From positions 62,001-126,000 of IMG/VR virus record IMGVR_UViG_3300031933_000215: 64,000 bases of DNA; one strand, given 5' to 3'. The notes under the pieces were generated by a model, which did not search any database, had not been told where the DNA came from, and was given only the letters and a program-made list of their open reading frames with translations. The position numbers and the translations under genes were made by a program. This document shows positions 1-8,715 of this stretch, in pieces (within the stretch, counting starts at the first letter, position 1; the number at the start of each line of letters is the position of its first letter).

Positions 1-161
1 GTTTCCTGTGTTGGGTGGTCGTGGTCTTCAGGCTCGGTGTTCAGAGCCATGTCTTCAGGCTCCGGCTCGCCGAACCGCCCCTGAAACTCTTCGGGAGTGG
101 GTTGGGTATCGGACGACTCGTTGTTGACGTTCGGATTTTCGTTAGAATCGTTCTGATCCAT
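1..161 (-). CDS. 5' part of a conserved phage protein (phiKZ gp77-like by synteny); runs off the window edge
   Basis: ATG at 161 (minus) right after the stop of 164..676; open acidic frame MDQNDSNENPNVNNESSDTQPTPEEF to the edge. Confidence 0.6.
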   Translation of the reverse strand, partial: MDQNDSNENPNVNNESSDTQPTPEEFQGRFGEPEPEDMALNTEPEDHDHPTQE

Positions 162-163
162 TG

Positions 164-676
164 TTAAGCCTCTTCCGTTGCAGGGGTGAGTTCCAGCATG
201 TCACCGTGTTGCTCACGAATGACTTCAATCAGTGAAAGAATCAGCGGGGCAATAACCGTTTCGAAATGCGTTTCCAGGTTACTATATTCCATGCTGATTG
301 AGAACATCACCGGCCAATCTTTCTCAGGCGGTACGCCCGAACGCCCTGCGTGTTTCTGATGGAGCGCGTCCAGGTTTTCTTTGTACTGTTTGATGTCACC
401 AAGCAGTGTGTTGAAGCAACGAGAGAAACCGTCGGGGTCGTCCAGCTTCTCTTTCAGAGTGTCGAGCTGGTTCATGACTGGCAAGGTGAATCCCTGCGTG
501 TGCAGAAGCTTCTTGGCACATTGGTGATACATCTGGTTAAGGACTTCCCAACCGGTTTCCGACTTCAATACAGCGTCGGCAACTACGCGTTGTGTTGCCT
601 CGATATCTTCCTTGGTCAGGTCAACATCTTGTACATCAGCCGGTGCTTCATTAAGGTTCTTTTCGTTGGAAGACAT
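164..676 (-). CDS. hypothetical phage protein, 170 aa
   Basis: ORF with upstream GGAG; protein-like helical composition. Confidence 0.75.
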   Translation of the reverse strand: MSSNEKNLNEAPADVQDVDLTKEDIEATQRVVADAVLKSETGWEVLNQMYHQCAKKLLHTQGFTLPVMNQLDTLKEKLDDPDGFSRCFNTLLGDIKQYKENLDALHQKHAGRSGVPPEKDWPVMFSISMEYSNLETHFETVIAPLILSLIEVIREQHGDMLELTPATEEA

Positions 677-845
677 AAAGCGTTATAACTCCGTTATTAT
701 GAAATCGTGATAAGCCGAGCGGGTGGTGAGACGTCATTCTCGTCATATATTAGCTGCCCCAAGTAGTTTAACCCACATTTAAGTACCACGGGATTTCGTA
801 ACAGTATGTTAAAACTCATTCCCAAACCGACCCGAGGCTGTTGTC

Positions 846-1697
846 ATGTACGAAGAAATACAGGTGGGGCTAGATGGCGTCGTTACGCCCGAACGCATGG
901 ATGTGCTTCTCGAAACTTACCGTCAATTGACCAAATCAGGATTGGACGCATTGAACGATGAGTTGATTGGCATTTTTAACATGCAAGACGGTATCGCCGA
1001 TAACGCCATGTTTGCCAGTCGGGTGGAAGATTGTCTGATGATCGGGGCAATCGAGGTTCTGCGGACACACGGCATTACCGTGAACCCACAAACCGCCGAA
1101 ATGACAACATTGACCGACACGATCCAGACACTGAATGACTTCGAGCACTACATTGTTCCGGAGGTGTTGGTTGGTCTGGTGGGTCCGGATGAAGAACCCG
1201 ACTTGGCACTGGCGTCGGTCGTTGCTTTGTTTACCGACAGCACTGAGGACGACGTGATTAATGCGGTGGACGCGGTGGAGACCTCGGTCATCGAACGAAT
1301 GCGGGCCGTGGCGGAACGCCAAATGGAATACGAGGCGGAGGCGCAGTCGGTCCCGCCAGACCACAACGAACGGATCGGTCACATCAACACATTGATTCGT
1401 CAGTACGAAGGGCGTCACCCAGCGATCGTAATGGAGATGGCCGAACATGGTATCCCCAGTGGTCAGCGACTGAACAACTTGTTTGAGCAGGTCTTTGAAC
1501 AGATCGACGGATACACCCCCAAAGAGCTGGGGGTTGAGTTCCTCGGGCTGGTACTGTACAGCGACACCCCCTTGTCCGACGTGTATGAAGTTGCCAGCGG
1601 GTTGCCCCAAGAATTCACCGACAGTCATTCAGAACAGTACCGCATCGGTCATGCTCTGGATCAGGCGTTCTCGTATATTAAAGGTGGCTCGTTATGA
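846..1697 (+). CDS. conserved phage protein (phiKZ gp79-like by synteny), acidic
   Basis: 283-aa ORF, GAGG upstream, ATGA overlap with the RNAP subunit gene. Confidence 0.75.
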   Translation: MYEEIQVGLDGVVTPERMDVLLETYRQLTKSGLDALNDELIGIFNMQDGIADNAMFASRVEDCLMIGAIEVLRTHGITVNPQTAEMTTLTDTIQTLNDFEHYIVPEVLVGLVGPDEEPDLALASVVALFTDSTEDDVINAVDAVETSVIERMRAVAERQMEYEAEAQSVPPDHNERIGHINTLIRQYEGRHPAIVMEMAEHGIPSGQRLNNLFEQVFEQIDGYTPKELGVEFLGLVLYSDTPLSDVYEVASGLPQEFTDSHSEQYRIGHALDQAFSYIKGGSL

Positions 1698-3016
1698 ACA
1701 AACGGGAATACTTTTTCACCGCCCTGAAAGCCGGGGCCTGCAAAAAGCGGGCCTGGGTGAACAGTGTGTTTGCGGTGGTTGAAGACGAACAGTACCCCAC
1801 ACAACCTTTCCCGTACCAGTTGGTGCGGTTACCGGAACACGACCGGTTGATGTTTGCCGACCCCGAACAAGACATGGACTGGGTAACCATTGAGGACAGC
1901 GATCGGGAGACCGCGCTTTGTGCGTTCAAAGAAAAGGTAACCTTGAACCCGGGCGAGTTGGCCAACTTCCAGGGTGAGGAACCGATCGTTACCGCGTACG
2001 GCAACTTGCTGGTGAACTACCTTTTGTTGGTGATTCCATTCGGCGACGCCATTCCTTTCCAAAACGGCAGTGTGGACATCGGCAAGATCGAGAAAGAAAT
2101 CCTGGAGCGTTTGATCGACGACCCAGAAGACGACGACGGGGTCAGCTTTGCCCCCGACGGTCAGATCTACGTCCGCCAGTATGTGCAGTTCTGTGATTAC
2201 GCGCTGTCCATGGTGGCGTACACGTCACTGGCCGTGGTGTCATCCACCCCGAAAGCCATGCAGTCGCACCCCAAAGCCCGTGAGGTTCGAGAAGCGTTGG
2301 TTGAGCAGTACAAGGACCAACTGACCGACCCGGCGATCGTGGCGAAAATTGCCGACGCTCTGGAAGAGTTGGATCAGGAGTGGTTGGCAGACGACCCCAC
2401 CAAAGACTTCTACGCGGTGAATCCGAAGAAGTCGCGCCCAGCCCGGAAGAAGATGTACTACCTGTTCGGTGGGGAATCGGCATTCCAGGACGGCACCAGT
2501 GTTGAGTTCATTAAGAAATCGCTGGAAGAAGGGATCGACCCCAATCACCTCCCAGCCATGATCAATAGCATCCGGGCCGCTTCGTATAACCGAGGCGCTC
2601 AGACGCAGTTAGGGGGAGAAACCACTAAGACGATCTATCGGATGTTGGGAACCGTCCGTATCGCCGAAGACGACTGCGGTACGAAGTTGGGGATTCCCAT
2701 GCCCATCACCAAACGCAACAAACACCAATACCTTGGTTTTTGGGTCATTGACGGAACCCGAGATATATTGTTGGACAAGGAGAACATTGAGCGTTACGTA
2801 GGTAAATCGCCGTTGCTTCGAGGACCGCTTACCTGTAAGACTGAGGGTAAGAACGTGTGTAAGAAATGCGTGGGTACGAAACTCTCTGAACAACCCAACG
2901 GCATCGCCGCCACTGCTGCTCAGGTGGGTGGTGCCTTCTTGACCGTGTTCTTGAAGAAGATGCACGCGTCCAGCATTTCCACGCATAAGTGGGATTTCAA
3001 ACAGCGCATTGGTTAA
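1694..3016 (+). CDS. virion RNA polymerase beta' subunit, C-terminal part (phiKZ gp80-like)
   Basis: beta' motifs EDDCGT, RGPLTC...VCKKCVG (Zn site) and trigger-loop-like KKMH near the C-terminus; split size typical of phiKZ-like RNAPs. Confidence 0.9.
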   Translation: MNKREYFFTALKAGACKKRAWVNSVFAVVEDEQYPTQPFPYQLVRLPEHDRLMFADPEQDMDWVTIEDSDRETALCAFKEKVTLNPGELANFQGEEPIVTAYGNLLVNYLLLVIPFGDAIPFQNGSVDIGKIEKEILERLIDDPEDDDGVSFAPDGQIYVRQYVQFCDYALSMVAYTSLAVVSSTPKAMQSHPKAREVREALVEQYKDQLTDPAIVAKIADALEELDQEWLADDPTKDFYAVNPKKSRPARKKMYYLFGGESAFQDGTSVEFIKKSLEEGIDPNHLPAMINSIRAASYNRGAQTQLGGETTKTIYRMLGTVRIAEDDCGTKLGIPMPITKRNKHQYLGFWVIDGTRDILLDKENIERYVGKSPLLRGPLTCKTEGKNVCKKCVGTKLSEQPNGIAATAAQVGGAFLTVFLKKMHASSISTHKWDFKQRIG

Positions 3017-3089
3017 GCGCCTGATGGTATGTTTGTCCGTTTGGGACATGGATTACAACTCGTAAACGTGACGTCACAGGAGACCAGTC

Positions 3090-4184
3090 ATGACTGAAGA
3101 AAACCAAACCCCGGAAACTGAGGGTACTGAAACCGCCCCGGAGACTCAAGGTGAAGCGGTTGAGGAAACCACCGATCAGCAGGGGTCTGAAGATCAGGCG
3201 CCTGAGCCTGAAGTTGCCAAGACCGAAAATGGTGTGGTGATCAATGATCCCCAGCGGGCTCAGAAGAAGCTGGCGGACTGGGAAACGGCGGAACTGACCG
3301 CCTACCTTAAGGGCGAACTGGAGAACGTGCCCAAGAACCTGCAGTCCGGTATCGTGAAGGAATACCGTCGCCGGGTGGAACTGCCGGAAGCGTGGTCTGA
3401 GCAGGAAGTGCTGAACTACTTCCGTCAGGACATCCTGCCGGAGAAGACCGAGAGTGGTCTGTGGGTAAACGACGTTACCCGCGCCAACCGTGCCCCGGCC
3501 GACTGGTCCAACGAAGAACTCGAAGCTTGGGTTCACAATGAGATCAAGCCGGTGGGTAAAGCCAATGCCGGCAAGCTGGCCCACGAAGTGGTCAACCGTT
3601 TCGAACTCTCCGCGTCGCCGAACGACATCAACAAGGTGCGTGCGGAATTTGACCACAAGTTCGCCCAAGAAACCGAAGACGACGAATCCACCGAGCAGGC
3701 CACTCCGGAACCTGCCAAACCCACCGCGCCGAAAGTGGCCGAACCAGTTGGAGCCCTGACTGCAATGAACGTCAGTTTCATCGACACTACCCTGGAAAAC
3801 TACGTCCGTGCGGTAAGCCCGAATGCCCAGGTCGGCGAAGAAGAAGGTGGTAAAGCCCAGCGTTCCCTGGAAAGCCTGTTCCAGTACGTACTGCGCCTGG
3901 AAGGTAAAGCCCTGAAGGATGGCCTGAATCGTGTGAATGCGTTCATCAACAAGCACCGTGATGGCGTGTTCTCTCCGAGCAATGCGTACCGCTTCGTTCA
4001 TCACCTGAAAGGCAACCCGAAACACCAGGTCCAGCACGTCAACATGATTGAGTTGTTCCTGATGACCGGCGATGCCAACCAGGCCCGTCGCCAGCAAGTC
4101 GATATGCGCCATATGCTGAAGGAACTCCCCAACGACAAGATCGAGCTGTTGGTGGACTACTTCAAGAACCACGCTCCAGCGTAA
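3090..4184 (+). CDS. conserved phage protein (phiKZ gp81-like) with acidic N-terminus and three W-x-x-x-E-(L/V) repeats
   Basis: 364-aa ORF, SD AGGAG, TATG at 3028, terminator after the stop. Confidence 0.75.
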   Translation: MTEENQTPETEGTETAPETQGEAVEETTDQQGSEDQAPEPEVAKTENGVVINDPQRAQKKLADWETAELTAYLKGELENVPKNLQSGIVKEYRRRVELPEAWSEQEVLNYFRQDILPEKTESGLWVNDVTRANRAPADWSNEELEAWVHNEIKPVGKANAGKLAHEVVNRFELSASPNDINKVRAEFDHKFAQETEDDESTEQATPEPAKPTAPKVAEPVGALTAMNVSFIDTTLENYVRAVSPNAQVGEEEGGKAQRSLESLFQYVLRLEGKALKDGLNRVNAFINKHRDGVFSPSNAYRFVHHLKGNPKHQVQHVNMIELFLMTGDANQARRQQVDMRHMLKELPNDKIELLVDYFKNHAPA

Positions 4185-4187
4185 CAC

Positions 4188-4220
4188 CATAGAGCCCTCC
4201 TACAGGAGGGCTCTATGTCG
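4188..4220 (+). terminator. hairpin followed by TATGTCG
   Basis: CATAGAGCCCTCC-taca-GGAGGGCTCTATG, perfect 13-bp inverted repeat after a stop codon. Confidence 0.75.
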
Positions 4221-4238
4221 ATCGACCAAATTACACAT

Positions 4239-4257
4239 CTATATCACCCAAGTGAAT
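4239..4257 (+). promoter_or_regulatory. putative early (virion RNAP) promoter CTATATCAC-N5-TGAAT
   Basis: Motif recurs at 6536, 34596, 35442, 38324 and 45556, always upstream of accessory genes; resembles the phiKZ early core TATATTAC. Confidence 0.75.
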
Positions 4258-4292
4258 CCCCTACGAAGTAATCACTGTACCGGAGAATAATT

Positions 4293-4877
4293 ATGTTAAC
4301 CATACACACTGGAAAACCACGGTTTGAGATCATGTTCACCAAGACCCACGACAAAGGACACCTGATATGGACGTTAAACTTCCCGTACCTACTGCGGCTA
4401 ATTTATCGCAACCGTCTCATGTTGCTCGACCCGGATACGTTGCCAAAAGCGGTACTGTTTGGACGGGGCGTTACCCTGTTTGACATCGAACTCGGATTAT
4501 TGGGATTTCGCTACAACATCAAATGGCGCGGTCGGAAGTGGGCGAAGACCGTCTCTCTGTTGGACATAATGCTAGGTAAGAAAGAACAACAGGTGTATCC
4601 AGCCAAGAACCCAAAGACCGTACCAATCACCAAATCAAACGGCAATCGGTACCAACTGGTGTGGGGGCGACAGTACACCAAGAGAGCCAGGCTACCGTTT
4701 GGTAGAACCACCAAACGTGGCTGGTTGGTGATCCCCATCAAGGCACCGCATGACCCTGTTTTAAACACGATGGTGTTCGAGGACTCGGTCCATTTTCACG
4801 AGTACCTGAAAACAACCGCCGACTTTAAACAACATTTAGAGCAACTTGCTGAGGAGGGTCGACACGACCACGGTTAG
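4293..4877 (+). CDS. hypothetical basic protein
   Basis: 194-aa ORF, SD GGAG, directly after the early promoter motif. Confidence 0.7.
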   Translation: MLTIHTGKPRFEIMFTKTHDKGHLIWTLNFPYLLRLIYRNRLMLLDPDTLPKAVLFGRGVTLFDIELGLLGFRYNIKWRGRKWAKTVSLLDIMLGKKEQQVYPAKNPKTVPITKSNGNRYQLVWGRQYTKRARLPFGRTTKRGWLVIPIKAPHDPVLNTMVFEDSVHFHEYLKTTADFKQHLEQLAEEGRHDHG

Positions 4878-4981
4878 TCTGGCAGCCGGTAAATCGGATT
4901 GGGACCCGCCGTTCGCACCATCATACACCCCGGATGAGATGTTAGCATCGAAGAACAACAAAAGAAAAAACCACCAACCTT

Positions 4982-5566
4982 GTGAGCCTGATTATGTTTG
5001 ACTACAAAGCGCAACTGGACGACCTTAAAAAGGAACTGGATATGCTCCAGAAACACATAAAAGATAAACTGAACAGCGGCGATGATCCGACGGAGCTGTG
5101 CCGGGACGTACGACATGTTCTGAAGCGGCTTTCGATGGATCGGGACTTCGTGGTTGAGGACTACCTGGGCATGACCGAAGAGGAGTTTCGTGAAACAGTC
5201 CGGACGCTGTTGACGGAAGTCATCGGAGATAACCTGGTGGCAGATAGCGTCATCCAAGACAGCCAGCGGGTCCTTGATGAAGTCGGACTGGAGTGTCCGA
5301 GCTGGCGCGTTGAACCCTGGGATCAACGGGTGGCGCGAGACGCCGCCAAGATGCTGACCGCACAACAGTTCGTTGAGGGTCTGGTATTAAAGGAAGGTGT
5401 GTTCTACCGTGCCCCATGGACTGCTTCCGAAGGTGAGCACCACCGAACGAACAAGAAGATCGCATCGATCTTAACTCAACCCCCAAAACATCGACGAATT
5501 GTATTGACTGGAATCGAAGTCATCGTCGAAGAACTGAAGAAACCTAAACTCATGCGAGGAGACTGA
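4982..5566 (+). CDS. hypothetical protein (start may be ATG 4994)
   Basis: 194-aa ORF abutting the next gene. Confidence 0.65.
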   Translation: MSLIMFDYKAQLDDLKKELDMLQKHIKDKLNSGDDPTELCRDVRHVLKRLSMDRDFVVEDYLGMTEEEFRETVRTLLTEVIGDNLVADSVIQDSQRVLDEVGLECPSWRVEPWDQRVARDAAKMLTAQQFVEGLVLKEGVFYRAPWTASEGEHHRTNKKIASILTQPPKHRRIVLTGIEVIVEELKKPKLMRGD

Positions 5567-5567
5567 C

Positions 5568-5945
5568 ATGCAACGCGAAGACTTTACCAAAGAGATGAAC
5601 ACCAAGATCACCGAACTGGTCAGTGATACCAAAATCCACAGCGACATCATCAGTCGCGGTCAGCAGTTGATCGATGGTCTTGAAGGGACCGTAGACGACG
5701 ACAACGAGTGGGACGGGGAATTCGCCGACCTTTACCTCGGTACCATCGACCGCGATTACCTGTTCCGGGGCGCTGAAGTGATTAACGGCGTGGCGGTACC
5801 TGAAAGCAACCCCACTGATGAAGAGTTGGGCGAGGCGATCGAAATGATCAAGGGGCAGGCCCGCTTAATGCCTAACGCCGCTCGCGTGGTGATGTTTGAA
5901 GCGTCCCGTTCGATCCAGAACGTTCTGGCCGCAAACCCCGCGTAA
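5568..5945 (+). CDS. small acidic protein, paralog of 6599..6982
   Basis: SD GAGGAG; shares RG..L, DD..W..EFA and NPT.EE blocks with 6599..6982. Confidence 0.75.
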   Translation: MQREDFTKEMNTKITELVSDTKIHSDIISRGQQLIDGLEGTVDDDNEWDGEFADLYLGTIDRDYLFRGAEVINGVAVPESNPTDEELGEAIEMIKGQARLMPNAARVVMFEASRSIQNVLAANPA

Positions 5946-5951
5946 ACCACC

Positions 5952-5983
5952 AAAGGACATGGGTCACCGTGTCCTTTATGTCG
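5952..5983 (+). terminator. hairpin followed by TATGTCG
   Basis: AAAGGACATGG-gtca-CCGTGTCCTTT then ATGTCG. Confidence 0.65.
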
Positions 5984-5997
5984 ACATGAGGAACAAC

Positions 5998-6318
5998 ATG
6001 ACAACCGGTATTGCTGTTATCAAGAAAACCACACTGGATAAGGCTTTAGAAAAAGCCAAGCGAAAACCAGGACGGTATGAGGGTGCGTTCATGCCCGGGG
6101 AGTGGGTACGAATGAAAGCCAATGTTGATCGTAATAACGAGATGTTTGTGGACGCTCGAATTGTGAGCGTTACGTGGCTACATAATGCGGATGTTCCTGT
6201 CTATTCAGTTGCTTTACCTATTGAAGGTTGTCCGGAACTGTTAGCTCGGACCGAAGCCCGCATTCCACATCCATGGTTGGTACACAAAGATGCCCCCAAC
6301 CTGAAACTCATCACCTAA
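5998..6318 (+). CDS. hypothetical protein
   Basis: ATG 5998 with GAGGA upstream, inside ORF 5896..6318. Confidence 0.65.
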   Translation: MTTGIAVIKKTTLDKALEKAKRKPGRYEGAFMPGEWVRMKANVDRNNEMFVDARIVSVTWLHNADVPVYSVALPIEGCPELLARTEARIPHPWLVHKDAPNLKLIT

Positions 6319-6334
6319 CATATCGAGGTGACCC

Positions 6335-6511
6335 ATGCCCAGCAAAAGTGAGAAACAGGCCCGTCTGATGCGGGCAGCGGCACACGACAAAGAGTTCGCT
6401 GACCGTGTTGGGATCGATCAAGAAACCGCCAAGGAGTGGGTTGAAGCTGACCAAGCTAAGAAGCGACAAACGACGGGTAACGAAGACCGTCCCCCGTATC
6501 TGGATTGGTAA
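6335..6511 (+). CDS. 58-aa phage protein MPSKSEKQARLMRAAAHDKEFADRVGI...GNEDRPPYLDW (below ORF-track cutoff)
   Basis: Translated by hand; SD GAGGTG; N-terminus resembles a widespread small phage protein family (from memory). Confidence 0.75.
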   Translation: MPSKSEKQARLMRAAAHDKEFADRVGIDQETAKEWVEADQAKKRQTTGNEDRPPYLDW

Positions 6512-6535
6512 TCTTTAATCAATTGCAATTGACGT

Positions 6536-6554
6536 CTATATCACTTAGATGAAT
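6536..6554 (+). promoter_or_regulatory. putative early promoter
   Basis: CTATATCAC-ttaga-TGAAT. Confidence 0.75.
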
Positions 6555-6598
6555 CCAGTACTCACTGGAACTAAAACCCAAGTCGCAGGAGACTTATT

Positions 6599-6982
6599 AT
6601 GAACAAAGAACAATTTTCAATTCTAATGACCCACGATGTTGAAGCCATGTTCGCCGACTACCGTTTTTCTGAAACTTTCATCGAACGTGGCGAGAAGGCA
6701 CTTACTGCGTTGCCTCCGGTAAACGATGACTCCTGGAACGAAGAGTTCGCCGAACATGTGCTCACGAAGCTCAAAGAAGAAGACACCGATCGGTTCTTGA
6801 AATGCACTGTGATCAAAGACAATGTCGTTTATCCAGAGAACGAGAACCCCACCACAGAGGAAATCGAAGACGAAATCCTTCACCTCGCGGCGGCCACCGA
6901 TGGCATTCCAGAGGACTGTGTAGCGGTCCTTGTGGAAATAGCTCAAGTGTTCCAAAACGTCATCACGGATCGAGCGGTCTGA
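6599..6982 (+). CDS. small acidic protein, paralog of 5568..5945
   Basis: SD AGGAG, early promoter upstream, terminator downstream. Confidence 0.8.
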   Translation: MNKEQFSILMTHDVEAMFADYRFSETFIERGEKALTALPPVNDDSWNEEFAEHVLTKLKEEDTDRFLKCTVIKDNVVYPENENPTTEEIEDEILHLAAATDGIPEDCVAVLVEIAQVFQNVITDRAV

Positions 6983-6991
6983 AGCGACAAG

Positions 6992-7034
6992 TGGGCGGTG
7001 CTTCGGCACCGCCCAACTTACCTCTTTTTTTTTT
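6992..7034 (+). terminator. intrinsic terminator with cUUCGg loop
   Basis: TGGGCGGTGC-TTCG-GCACCGCCCA followed by a T-run. Confidence 0.8.
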
Positions 7035-7054
7035 ATTTACTCAGGGTGTAATTA

Positions 7055-7188
7055 TATGTGAAGGTACTTGTGTTGCTCAGGTGCCGACTCAGGGGTCTCC
7101 GGGCGGTCATACTCGGAGTTCTCTTTACGGTTCGATTCCTTTTGTTTTGCAGTTAACATCCCTCCCCGTTTTGGGGAGGGCTTTTTTT
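7055..7188 (+). ncRNA. candidate small structured RNA with tRNA-like remnants
   Basis: Lies between two terminators, starts at TATG, two hairpins, GGTTCGATTCC, own terminator CCCTCCCC/GGGGAGGG+T7; no credible ORF. Confidence 0.45.
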
Positions 7189-7209
7189 ACGTCTAACAGG
7201 GTCAGTGCC

Positions 7210-7698
7210 ATGAATACCAAGTTACCGCTGGAGACCATGATTGTGGGTGAGATCCACACCAGTCAGAAATCGATCAAACGTGTTGTTGAACTCACGGAGA
7301 TGTTCAAACCGGACATCTTGCTCCATGAGTTACTGTACGATGACCTCTGTATGACGCCTGATGTCATTAAGGAACGACTCCGTAAGTGTCGGATGGGATC
7401 ACTATGCGACCCACGATTGAACAAGGACATATACGAGTTGGGACACCGGTTGGAGTTACCGTTGGTGGGTATTGACTTGCCAAGAGGTGGGACGTTTCGA
7501 GAGCGGGAGACCCACATGGTGTCGAAAATTGAAAGCTGGTACCGCAGGCATCGCGTCTTGGTGGTAGTTGGCGATACCCACCTTAGGGACCGACCCATCC
7601 CGCGTGTTCCTCACCGTTCGTTGATCCGGGACCGGTTTGACAACGACCCCAAGGTAACGATCAGTCGTGTCCCACAACACCTTCGGGAGGTTCGATAA
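7210..7698 (+). CDS. minimal TIKI/TraB/ChaN/EreA-superfamily metalloenzyme-like protein
   Basis: Ordered motifs VGEIH, ILLHE, LVGID, RETHM, VVVGDTH; start taken at ATG 7210 after the terminator. Confidence 0.65.
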   Translation: MNTKLPLETMIVGEIHTSQKSIKRVVELTEMFKPDILLHELLYDDLCMTPDVIKERLRKCRMGSLCDPRLNKDIYELGHRLELPLVGIDLPRGGTFRERETHMVSKIESWYRRHRVLVVVGDTHLRDRPIPRVPHRSLIRDRFDNDPKVTISRVPQHLREVR

Positions 7699-7738
7699 AA
7701 CAATGGTATGTTTCTAAACCTACTGGAAGGAAAATGGA

Positions 7739-8656
7739 ATGCGGGATCTACTTGAGAAAAACTTCCCCTTGGGCACCACCGAGACCAGCGCTGCGGACAT
7801 TGAACAGTCAATGACTGTCTCGGCTGAAGGTTTTCGGGATGTGTTTAATAAACTGTTTGGTGGTGGTAAGGTCGCGAAAACCGACGACACCAACGGGAAC
7901 ATGGACTGGTACCGCCAGCACGTTATTGACGGTAAGGTAAAGGATCTACAGCTTCGTTCGGCTGGACACGTTCTGTTTGGACCACGGTTTGCGCCGTTTA
8001 TGGGTCGTGGCACCACCCAGGTCGTGGACTTTGTACGTGAGGCCAAAAAAGACCTGGTAATGTATCAAGGGTTGTTCAATAAGTACCAGCCGAAAGCAGC
8101 GGATAACAACCGCAAGCTGCAGAAGATCGAAACCGAGGCAGCGCAGTTCCTGAAACGGGACACCCACCCTGAGGGGCTGGACGAATTCATCAAACTGATG
8201 GAAAAGTGGGACACTTGGATCACACCTCTCAACGGGTTGTTTCGTGATCCGTCTCACGTGTTCTTGGGTTACGGCAAAACCTCGTTTTTGTCGGAAGGTG
8301 GTATGTTCGCAGGCGGGCCCGGTACCCTCGACAAAAAGAAAACCCTTCAGTCCGTTAAGATGTCGCTGTTGAAGGAAGACGAGGTCAACCCATTGGTGGG
8401 CCTCATTGAACAAGCCGCTCTGTTGATGTATCGGTGTTCCGAGGTAACCGAAGACGCCATGGGGATCGATTTGACCGACCCACCGTTCCGAGGTTACTAC
8501 GCCGAAGCGATCGAGGCTCGGGATGAAGGGTTCAAGGCCCAGTTTGCACACCCGGATTATGAGATGATCAACACCGACCTGTTTGTGGACCTCAATACCC
8601 GTGTGGGTGAGTTGATGAATGCGATGGTGGCGTACCTGAAGCATTCAGCGGTGTAA
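7739..8656 (+). CDS. putative virion head protein with cleavable propeptide
   Basis: TATG at 7707; N-terminal VSAE|GF matches the S/A/G-x-E prohead-protease motif. Confidence 0.6.
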   Translation: MRDLLEKNFPLGTTETSAADIEQSMTVSAEGFRDVFNKLFGGGKVAKTDDTNGNMDWYRQHVIDGKVKDLQLRSAGHVLFGPRFAPFMGRGTTQVVDFVREAKKDLVMYQGLFNKYQPKAADNNRKLQKIETEAAQFLKRDTHPEGLDEFIKLMEKWDTWITPLNGLFRDPSHVFLGYGKTSFLSEGGMFAGGPGTLDKKKTLQSVKMSLLKEDEVNPLVGLIEQAALLMYRCSEVTEDAMGIDLTDPPFRGYYAEAIEARDEGFKAQFAHPDYEMINTDLFVDLNTRVGELMNAMVAYLKHSAV

Positions 8657-8694
8657 CGACATAGCTGCCTCCCCAAGGGGAGGCGTCTATGCCG
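8657..8694. terminator. bidirectional hairpin flanked by CGACATA and TATGCCG
   Basis: GCCTCCCC-aa-GGGGAGGC between convergent genes. Confidence 0.7.
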
Positions 8695-8715
8695 ACGATC
8701 GTTTACTTTTTTTTT

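Noticed and set aside
7063-7150. Canonical tRNA-Met/Ile(CAT)
   Set aside because: No acceptor stem, T stem only 2 bp, no CCA; kept only as a tRNA-like candidate
6802-7209. N-terminal extension of ORF 6802..7698
   Set aside because: Runs through another gene and two terminators; the domain starts at ATG 7210
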